Source: a virus (lineage: Duplodnaviria > Caudoviricetes). Taken from it: 59,573 nucleotides of DNA. The notes beneath the pieces are model-generated. The model saw only the letters and a program-made list of their open reading frames with translations, had not been told where the DNA came from and searched no databases. The stretch is from IMG/VR virus record IMGVR_UViG_3300026125_000003, positions 1-59,573 of that record; one strand, given 5' to 3'. Each line of letters opens with the position of its first letter. The first letter of the stretch is position 1. Positions 17,142 through 23,869 of this stretch are shown here, one piece after another. The position numbers and the translations under genes are program-made.

Positions 17142-17166
17142 CGACTAAACACCAAAGAGGATTATC

Positions 17167-17718
17167 ATGTTTAAAAAATTAGGAACTCATGACTTAACTA
17201 TATCTGAAGAAGACTACGGAGACAAGGTAGATTCTTACACTAAGGATTTTGATGGGGTTGAGCGAGGTTCACACTATTACGAATTCGCTGATCAAGATTA
17301 TGAGAAAGCGTTTATAGAGCGGTTCCTTCCAGAAGAACTAGTCGGGTTTTTTGATGCTAAGATAATGGTGTTAGATTACCCTAATATCCCACCTCATGTT
17401 GATAATGGCTCTAAAGTTACTATCAATATGTATGTCGAAACCGCTGGCGCGACCACAACTTTTTATAGCGACGACCCGAAATCGGCTGACATTGCCGAAA
17501 GGTTAGAAAATCAATCTGACGGTGGTGCTCTGTTTGATGCTTCAACGTTGAATGTTGATTCTTCCTTTGTTGCCGAAAAAGGCGATGTTTACTTGCTAGA
17601 CATCTCGAAAATTCATTCTGTTGATTTTGCTGACACAGAAGCGAAAAGGGTTGTAATCGTTATTCAGTCTTCGAGCCTTTCTTATGACGATGTAAAGGAT
17701 GCCGCGTTTAACTTCTAA
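17167..17718 (+). CDS. cupin / 2OG-Fe(II) oxygenase-like protein
   Basis: IPPHVD (HxD) ... IHSV and a downstream R, double-stranded beta-helix pattern. Confidence 0.6.
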   Translation: MFKKLGTHDLTISEEDYGDKVDSYTKDFDGVERGSHYYEFADQDYEKAFIERFLPEELVGFFDAKIMVLDYPNIPPHVDNGSKVTINMYVETAGATTTFYSDDPKSADIAERLENQSDGGALFDASTLNVDSSFVAEKGDVYLLDISKIHSVDFADTEAKRVVIVIQSSSLSYDDVKDAAFNF

Positions 17719-17741
17719 GCATATTCTAAAACGATATAAAA

Positions 17742-17767
17742 AAAGCCTCTTCGGAGGCTTTACTTTT
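17742..17767. terminator. intrinsic terminator (UUCG), probably bidirectional, overlapping a promoter -35
   Basis: AAAGCCTC-TTCG-GAGGCTTT with an upstream A-run and downstream T-rich tail. Confidence 0.8.
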
Positions 17768-17787
17768 GCCCAACTTTACTCTATAAT
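17759..17787 (+). promoter_or_regulatory. early promoter
   Basis: TTTACT-17-TATAAT plus ACATGTATAAATTGA leader. Confidence 0.85.
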
Positions 17788-17819
17788 ACATGTATAAATT
17801 GAGTGAAAGGAAATTTGTT

Positions 17820-17954
17820 ATGAAAACTTTTAAAATCAGCCTACAGAATCGCGCAATCGGAAAGATCGTTGAAGCAGATACTCGCGCGGAAGCAGTGAAG
17901 ATTGCTAAAGCGATCTACGGAACTTCTAAAGTGTCAGTTGTGTGTATTGATTAA
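17820..17954 (+). CDS. early micro-protein (44 aa), not in ORF track
   Basis: MKTFKISLQNRAIGKIVEADTRAEAVKIAKAIYG...; AAGGA RBS. Confidence 0.65.
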   Translation: MKTFKISLQNRAIGKIVEADTRAEAVKIAKAIYGTSKVSVVCID

Positions 17955-17969
17955 TAAGGAAACTATATT

Positions 17970-18125
17970 ATGTTTATGATGAAAAGAATTACATTGAAGT
18001 CTGGTGGTACATTAATCACTCGTAGTGAAGTTGCTTTAGAGCAAGTTAAGGAAACCTTTAAAGATCAGATCGTTAAGATCGAGGATACCAATTATTCTGA
18101 ATTGAACACTACAATGGAACAGTAA
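17970..18125 (+). CDS. early micro-protein (51 aa), not in ORF track
   Basis: MFMMKRITLKSGG...; TAAGGA RBS. Confidence 0.65.
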   Translation: MFMMKRITLKSGGTLITRSEVALEQVKETFKDQIVKIEDTNYSELNTTMEQ

Positions 18126-18133
18126 GGTGTTGA

Positions 18134-18241
18134 ATGACACGGATAGACAAAGAAGTAATTGCAAATGGTGTGTTCGAACTCATAAGACTCGTAGCATACA
18201 TTTTAATTTGCATAGCTACAATTAAGTACATTGCATATTAA
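18134..18241 (+). CDS. micro membrane protein (35 aa), not in ORF track
   Basis: MTRIDKEVIANGVFELIRLVAYILICIATIKYIAY; TAAGGT RBS. Confidence 0.5.
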   Translation: MTRIDKEVIANGVFELIRLVAYILICIATIKYIAY

Positions 18242-18246
18242 CAAAA

Positions 18247-18672
18247 GGATCCCTGAGTCCCCCATGTGTTGGTTGGCGTGAAGAGAAATCTTCCGAGAGG
18301 TTGGTGGGGACACGAGACGAAGATAGAGGTTGGTGTTTTAAAAGGGGTTAATATCCCCAATAGACCTGTGAGTCAACTTCTTATGTCGCAAATGAAGGAA
18401 CTGAAATCCGTATTGTCGACGGTGGGACGTTCCGGAAAACAGTCGTTCCGTATGGGTGTGGCCAATCACCCTATAAATAAAGCAGAGTGTAAGCGGTGGG
18501 CTTCAAACCCCATTTAAGGAAACAGGTAGACAAATAGCAACACCTCAGTGACATGTTGGCAAGTTAAAGTTAGTCGTAAAACGCCATAGACTATCTACTT
18601 AAGATCACTAGGTTGGGATTGGAAGTTGCGATGCTGATGACTCCCATAGGTCAGCACTATATCTCAGGGTCT
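18247..18672 (+). ncRNA. candidate large structured ncRNA (~425 nt)
   Basis: No credible ORF; closing helix GGATCCCTGAG/CTCAGGGTCT; many internal helices; GAAA tetraloop and a T-loop-like hairpin. Confidence 0.55.
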
Positions 18673-18677
18673 TAGTT

Positions 18678-19234
18678 GTTACGATCTCTCAGTTAAAAGC
18701 TGTCGTAACGTAAAGCGAAGTCCAATATGATTAGCTCCTAAGGGTGCCCTGAGGCCAATTTTAGAAAGCAGATTGGGTAAAGCGTGGAAAGTGTGCTAGC
18801 CTCCACAGCGAGAAGTACCGATACGGCTTCTCTCAGCCATGGTCCAGTCTGTTTTCTAAAGAGCATCACCCCAGTTAAGTCTGGAGCACATCTGATAAAG
18901 TGTGTGGTGCTCTTTCTAAAGTACATTGAAAACACAGCAACTAGATCCCCTTACATGGCTGCAGTTTGGGATGGTGTTCTAGGAAAGCGGATCAGTGTAC
19001 TTTCTAATTCACAGTGATGCTCAAATCAGGCTCCACTACTCCAGTGTATGGAAGATAGAGAGCCTAAGCCTATCCTGAGAAGAACCTCCTTGTAATTCCT
19101 ATGTGCACGTAGGTTGATAATACTGGATAAGGATCGAAAGGTCGGGAGCCAGTAACTTTTACAAAGCAGGCTGCGTAAAGCGTGGTAAGGTTCAGCGAGT
19201 ACGTAGAAGACCACGTACAGTCTGTTTTCTAAAA
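18678..19234 (+). ncRNA. candidate array of stem-closed small structured RNAs
   Basis: Four 12-17 bp closing stems, each ending at TTTCTAA; two modules share CAGTCTGTTTTCTAAA, GTAAAGCGTGG and CAGCGAG. Confidence 0.6.
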
Positions 19235-19247
19235 AGAGAAACCCCTA

Positions 19248-19610
19248 ATGAAAAAGAAAGTCCTAATAGTAGACGACGATTTAACAATCATTAATGTATA
19301 TAAACGAGTCCTCGCTAAGAACGGGTATGAACCAATAGTGATGCGTTCCCCTCGTAAAGCGGACCTTGAAAACATACCTGAAGTCGACATCGCGATAGTC
19401 GATATGGTAATGCCTTATGTAAGTGGATTTGATTTTGTGTTGTACTTACATGAAAAGAAAATCAATATACCAGTACTGATAGTGTCCGGCGATAAAGGAA
19501 TCGCCAGGATGGTTACAACTATCAGAAGGGGTGAACTAACCGATGGTTGGTTGTATAAACCTGTCGCAGGTCACCAACTAATCGCAAAGATTGAGGAAAT
19601 CCTTTCTTGA
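19248..19610 (+). CDS. stand-alone response regulator receiver (CheY-like) protein
   Basis: VLIVDDD, phospho-acceptor Asp in IVDMVMP..SGF, VSG, YKP. Confidence 0.9.
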   Translation: MKKKVLIVDDDLTIINVYKRVLAKNGYEPIVMRSPRKADLENIPEVDIAIVDMVMPYVSGFDFVLYLHEKKINIPVLIVSGDKGIARMVTTIRRGELTDGWLYKPVAGHQLIAKIEEILS

Positions 19611-19633
19611 TCTAACAAAATAGGAATTAAGTC

Positions 19634-19942
19634 ATGAAAAAACTAATCCTCGCTGCGGCATTGTTTTCTTCTGTAACATTTGCTTCTCAACCTAATGCTC
19701 AACTCCCCGCTGTTTGCATGCCCCTCGCCGACTTCCTAGAAGGGATGAAGAAGTATAACGAAGAGCCCGTATTCATGGGCGAAGTTATGATCGAGTCAGA
19801 CCATGAAATATTCAAGCTTGTATTTGTCAACGACGAAACTGGTTCTTGGACTTCTGCGCTTGTGAATAAAACTGTAAAGGCTGCGTGTGTCGAATCGACT
19901 GGCGTTGGGTTCAATAGCTTCGCTGTCGGGACCCGATTGTAA
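19634..19942 (+). CDS. exported hypothetical protein
   Basis: Signal peptide MKKLILAAALFSSVTFA; N.ETGSWT and a Cys pair. Confidence 0.7.
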   Translation: MKKLILAAALFSSVTFASQPNAQLPAVCMPLADFLEGMKKYNEEPVFMGEVMIESDHEIFKLVFVNDETGSWTSALVNKTVKAACVESTGVGFNSFAVGTRL

Positions 19943-19991
19943 CATATACTTAAATGTTATAACGATATTCTAAAATATTTTTAAAAATCGC

Positions 19992-20020
19992 TTTACTTTC
20001 CAGCAACCTTCAACTATAAT
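19992..20020 (+). promoter_or_regulatory. early promoter
   Basis: TTTACT-17-TATAAT plus ACATGTATAAATTGA leader. Confidence 0.85.
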
Positions 20021-20050
20021 ACATGTATAAATTGAGTTGAGGAATATATC

Positions 20051-20314
20051 ATGATTAACTTTGTAACTGGAAAACCTTACACTGGTGAAAACGCAATGAT
20101 CCTTGCGGAATCAGGTTTTTCTGACCAGCGTTTTATGACATTCAACCAAGCACGTAGCTGTGGACGCAAAGTCCTTAAAGGTTCTAAAGGCATTCAGCTG
20201 ATGCGCGTCATTGAGAAAGAAGTTCGAAACGAAAAGACTGGTAAGCTGGAAAAGAAAAAGCTGCCAAAACGTTTCACTGTATTCAATGTAGCCCAGACTG
20301 AAGAGGTGGCTTAA
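20051..20314 (+). CDS. ArdC-like ssDNA-binding N-terminal domain protein
   Basis: NFVTGKPYTGEN, FMTFNQA..GRKVLKGSKG, FTVFNVAQTE. Confidence 0.8.
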   Translation: MINFVTGKPYTGENAMILAESGFSDQRFMTFNQARSCGRKVLKGSKGIQLMRVIEKEVRNEKTGKLEKKKLPKRFTVFNVAQTEEVA

Positions 20315-20315
20315 T

Positions 20316-20627
20316 ATGAGCACCTCAGCCCGCAAGAAGGAGCAGCGGCAGCGAGAAATGAAAGCTGCAGCTGCTCGCGCCAAGTACGAAAAAACCCGTA
20401 TCAAAAAACGCAAAACGGAGTTCAAAGAATATGTGCCCACGGAGAGCTACGCTCGTGAAACGCCAAGCTACGAAAGCCTCAAGACAACGTTGTGCGATAC
20501 TTCTAGACCAGGAGATAAGCGATACACCGGAGACTACATCACCGGAATCACAATCGTCCACAAAAGCGGACTGGCTCCAGTTTCAAGAGGAATTGATCCG
20601 AAAGATTACGCAACGATGCGGAGGTGA
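20316..20627 (+). CDS. conserved hypothetical protein
   Basis: YTGDYITGITIVHKSGLAPV...ATMRR motif common in T4-like marine phages. Confidence 0.7.
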   Translation: MSTSARKKEQRQREMKAAAARAKYEKTRIKKRKTEFKEYVPTESYARETPSYESLKTTLCDTSRPGDKRYTGDYITGITIVHKSGLAPVSRGIDPKDYATMRR

Positions 20628-20682
20628 TAAATGAAACATATTATATTGACTGTATTCGAAACAACCAAAGGAGTGAATTGAA

Positions 20683-20937
20683 ATGTTTAACCGTGATGAA
20701 ATGTTTACTGCCCTCTCTACTGGAATTTACCGTGTAGTATTTGAGAAGGTTAATGGGGAAACTCGAGATATGACTTGTACTCGCCAACTTGATCGCATCC
20801 CTGAAGACAAACGTCCTAAAGGTGACGCTAATATCACCGCTCCAGGCGGACATGCAGTACCAGCGTTTGATACTAGCAAGCAGGAATGGCGTTCGTTCCG
20901 TGCTGACAAAGTAACAATCTTTGAGAAGAAAGGGTAA
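20683..20937 (+). CDS. SH3-like/WYL_2 small protein
   Basis: FEKVNGETRDMTCT ... FDTSKQEWRSFR. Confidence 0.75.
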   Translation: MFNRDEMFTALSTGIYRVVFEKVNGETRDMTCTRQLDRIPEDKRPKGDANITAPGGHAVPAFDTSKQEWRSFRADKVTIFEKKG

Positions 20938-20938
20938 A

Positions 20939-21163
20939 ATGGAAGAACAATTTCTCAATCCCAAGAAGTTCTCCATGTTAGTGGAACAGCGTGTCAAGGT
21001 TAGCTCTACTGGCTACCTTGATACCATTATGGAACTTTGCGACGAAATGAGCCTCGACTTTGAGGACATACCTTCCCTGATTACTAATGTGATCAAAGGT
21101 AAAATTGAAGCTGAGGCAATACAACTTAACTATATGAAGGGTGGTAACACTTTACCAATATGA
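20939..21163 (+). CDS. gp33: late transcription co-activator
   Basis: FSMLVEQRV..YLDTI..LCDE..IKGKIEAEAIQLNY..LPI; synteny 33-59-32. Confidence 0.88.
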   Translation: MEEQFLNPKKFSMLVEQRVKVSSTGYLDTIMELCDEMSLDFEDIPSLITNVIKGKIEAEAIQLNYMKGGNTLPI

Positions 21164-21756
21164 CTATGGCACTTGAACCTTTTGACGCTTACCGATTTTA
21201 CAACGCTCTCAAATTACATTTTGGTGGAACGTATGACGCCATAAAATATCAATACAAGACGAGCGCTAACCAGAAATCGTTTTGGAAGAGAAAGGACAAG
21301 TTCTTCTTCGCTAAAATTGCCAAGAAGTTCAACGATCCGCATGACCTGATCAACTACTATGTATCATTCTTCGTCAATGACTCAAAATGGGTCGGTGATA
21401 TGCTAAAGGACGAAGATACATATTTGAAATGGTTAAAGAAAGTTGAATCTCTTGGCTACTTGGTGGAACAAGATCTCTATACTCTAGAATCTTCGCACGG
21501 CTCGTTCGACGACTTATTCAAAGTTGAAGACGGTCAGTATCCCCCAATCATCCAGAGTTATCTCGCCGATGAAATCATGCTCGAGACTGTCGTAGTCTTA
21601 GATCAAATGCTTGGTTTCGTTAGGAAAGCCGATAAGAAGGTTACAGATACAATAATGTGGCCAGACATAAAGACCAAAATCGAAAAGTATAGTCCCTTCT
21701 TATCGGTGGACCAAAATAAAGTCAAAAAATCTATTCTAAAGGTATTTACTTCTTAA
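21160..21756 (+). CDS. gp59: helicase loader
   Basis: FDAYRFYNALKLHF..YDAIKY..F.KRKDKFFFAK, I.LET.V.LD, KYSPFL. Confidence 0.9.
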   Translation: MTMALEPFDAYRFYNALKLHFGGTYDAIKYQYKTSANQKSFWKRKDKFFFAKIAKKFNDPHDLINYYVSFFVNDSKWVGDMLKDEDTYLKWLKKVESLGYLVEQDLYTLESSHGSFDDLFKVEDGQYPPIIQSYLADEIMLETVVVLDQMLGFVRKADKKVTDTIMWPDIKTKIEKYSPFLSVDQNKVKKSILKVFTS

Positions 21757-21773
21757 TGAAAACCCTATATAAT
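21745..21773 (+). promoter_or_regulatory. early promoter for gp32
   Basis: TTTACT-17-TATAAT followed by an unstructured A-rich leader. Confidence 0.75.
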
Positions 21774-21836
21774 AGGCTCTCGTTATGAATAAAGTGGATA
21801 ATTAAAACATACTAAGCAATACAAGGATACATACAT

Positions 21837-22742
21837 ATGTCATTTGCATCTCTAAAAAAATCTCGCTCATCTTCTATGGACAAACTGCTTAAAGCGGCAG
21901 AAAAAGTAGGTGGTGGTGAAAAGAAATCTTATGGTGACGACCGTCAGTGGAAACCAACTCGCGATAAAAGCGGCAATGGTTACGCTGTAATCCGATTCCT
22001 ACCGCCAGCAGAAGGTGAAGACCTTCCATGGGTCCAGTACTGGTCACACGGCTTCCAAGGTCCAACTGGTAAATGGTACATCGAAAATTCTTTGACTTCA
22101 ATCGGTCAAACTGACCCAGTCTCTGAATACAACTCAACGCTTTGGAATAGCGGTTCTGAAGAGGACAAAGAACAGGCTCGTAAGCAGAAACGTCGACTAC
22201 ACTACGTAGCAAACGTTCTTGTTGTTTCCGACCCAGCTAATCCTCAGAATGAAGGTCAGGTAAAACTCTACACCTTTGGTAAGAAAATCTTTGATAAAAT
22301 CATGGATAAGATGCAGCCAGAGTTTGCGGGTGAAGAGCCAATGAACCCATTCGATATGTGGGAAGGTGCTGAATTTAAGATTAAGATTCGTCAGGTTTCC
22401 GGATACCCTAACTACGATTCTTCTGAATTTGCGGCTCCTTCTGAACTATTTGAAGGCGACGATGAGTCTAAAGAAGAAGTATACAACAAACTGTATAAAC
22501 TTTCTGAGTTCACCGACCCAGCTAATTACAAATCGTACAGTGAGTTGAAGAAGAAACTTGATCAGGTTCTCGGCGGTAACTCTACCCCAATGACTACTGC
22601 TGAGTCAATCGACCTTGATGAAGTTGCTCCTGCGCCAGTGCAAAAGGTAGCTGCCCCAAAACCAGCGCCAGCTGTTGAGGAAGAAGTTGAAGAAGACGAT
22701 GACACTCTATCGTACTTTGCTAAACTGGCTTCTGACAGTTAA
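21837..22742 (+). CDS. gp32: single-stranded DNA-binding protein
   Basis: DKSGNGYAVIRFLP, HGFQGPTGKWYIENSL, FGKKIFDKI, acidic tail DDTLSYFAKLA. Confidence 0.96.
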   Translation: MSFASLKKSRSSSMDKLLKAAEKVGGGEKKSYGDDRQWKPTRDKSGNGYAVIRFLPPAEGEDLPWVQYWSHGFQGPTGKWYIENSLTSIGQTDPVSEYNSTLWNSGSEEDKEQARKQKRRLHYVANVLVVSDPANPQNEGQVKLYTFGKKIFDKIMDKMQPEFAGEEPMNPFDMWEGAEFKIKIRQVSGYPNYDSSEFAAPSELFEGDDESKEEVYNKLYKLSEFTDPANYKSYSELKKKLDQVLGGNSTPMTTAESIDLDEVAPAPVQKVAAPKPAPAVEEEVEEDDDTLSYFAKLASDS

Positions 22743-22750
22743 GACTAGGA

Positions 22751-22774
22751 GGGAGCCCCAGTGGCTCCCATTTA
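22751..22774 (+). terminator. terminator after gp32
   Basis: GGGAGCC-CCAGT-GGCTCCC followed by ATTTA. Confidence 0.6.
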
Positions 22775-22784
22775 TCCGGAGGAT

Positions 22785-23309
22785 ATGATGGAATCAAATT
22801 TTAACAAATGCCTCGATATCATACTAAAGCACGAAGGGGGATATGTCAACCATCCATCCGATCCTGGCGGTATGACTAATCTTGGCGTGACTAAACGTGT
22901 ATATGAAGAGTGGGTCGGTCATGACGTTGATGAATCAGTAATGCGTTCATTGACTATTGATGATGTAGCACCAATCTATAAACGTAATTATTGGGATAAG
23001 GTGAAAGGTGATGAACTTCCTTCTGGGCTTGATCTTTGCGTGTTTGACTTTGGGGTCAACGCTGGCACTGGGCGTGCGGCTAAGTACCTCCAGTCAATTA
23101 TCGGGGCAACAGCTGATGGCGCTATCGGTCCTAGGACTATTAAGCTTTTGGGCGATTATCTTGATAAGCATACTGTAGAAGATCTTGTTGAACATTACCA
23201 AGCGGATCGTCAGTCTTATTATGAACGCCTAAAACATTTTGAAACCTTCGGTCGTGGTTGGACTCGTCGGGTTAACGAAACAACTGAACTAGCATTAGGA
23301 ATGATATGA
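22785..23309 (+). CDS. GH108 lysozyme (endolysin) with peptidoglycan-binding domain
   Basis: HEGGYVNHPSDPGGMTNLGVT, YW, FDFGVNAG, DG.IGP.T, FGRGWTRRV. Confidence 0.9.
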   Translation: MMESNFNKCLDIILKHEGGYVNHPSDPGGMTNLGVTKRVYEEWVGHDVDESVMRSLTIDDVAPIYKRNYWDKVKGDELPSGLDLCVFDFGVNAGTGRAAKYLQSIIGATADGAIGPRTIKLLGDYLDKHTVEDLVEHYQADRQSYYERLKHFETFGRGWTRRVNETTELALGMI

Positions 23310-23869
23310 GGCACACTCTAGACTTTATAATGGCAATTGAAAGGGCTCTTCCCGCTCGTGTGTGCGAATCCCTCATCAAAAAGTTTGAGAAATATTCAGA
23401 AGACCAAATCGATAGGGATGAGTCGTATTACAAGTTCAAAGAGATAAACCTCCATGAACACGGTGGGTTTGAGGAAGAAATTGAAGTCATCAAGAATAGC
23501 GCTGAACATGTATTAAAACATTACAAGCACGAACTTGGTATAAAGTATTTTCCTAAGGAATTCGACCTAGAACAATTTCGTATGAAGAGGTACGACCCCA
23601 ACGATGAAGACCAGTTTGACTGGCACGTTGACGTTGGCGACCGCGCTTCAGCAAAAAGGTTTATGGTGTGTTTGTTCTACTTGAACGATGTTGAGGAAGG
23701 CGGTGAAACCGCATTTGATTGGGACAATGATGAAGAGAGGGCGGTTGTATCACTTGCCCGTCAAGGCAACGTTGTATTATTCCCGCCATTGTGGATGTAC
23801 CCCCACAAAGGAACCAAACCTAAGTCTGGTCCGAAGTACATCCTTTCAACTTACGCACACTACTTATAA
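23306..23869 (+). CDS. 2OG-Fe(II) oxygenase (prolyl-hydroxylase-like)
   Basis: FDWHVD, FYLNDVEEGGET.F, FPPLWMYPHKG..KYI. Confidence 0.88.
   Translation: MRHTLDFIMAIERALPARVCESLIKKFEKYSEDQIDRDESYYKFKEINLHEHGGFEEEIEVIKNSAEHVLKHYKHELGIKYFPKEFDLEQFRMKRYDPNDEDQFDWHVDVGDRASAKRFMVCLFYLNDVEEGGETAFDWDNDEERAVVSLARQGNVVLFPPLWMYPHKGTKPKSGPKYILSTYAHYL

Noticed and set aside
18634-18660. CTGATGA as a hammerhead ribozyme core
   Set aside because: No stem II followed by GAAA, and the motif is sequestered in the TGCTGA/TCAGCA hairpin
18266-19214. ORFs 18266..18517, 18738..18935, 18784..19017 and 19026..19214 from the track
   Set aside because: Weak or alternative starts, no RBS, atypical composition; the region is better explained by RNA helices
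18760-19234. CRISPR array
   Set aside because: Only two copies of the 16-mer, irregular spacing, and no cas operon
18242-19247. tRNA, tmRNA, RNase P RNA or group I intron in the non-coding kilobase
   Set aside because: No complete cloverleaf or CCA end, no GAGGAAAGTCC-type RNase P core, no interrupted host gene or ordered P/Q/R/S elements visible
20631-20681. 16-codon ORF MKHIILTVFETTKGVN behind GGAGG
   Set aside because: Too short to support from sequence alone; may only be a translational coupler
21837-22742. gp32 lacking the T4 zinc-binding cysteines
   Set aside because: Zinc-less gp32 is the usual form in cyanophage-like T4 relatives
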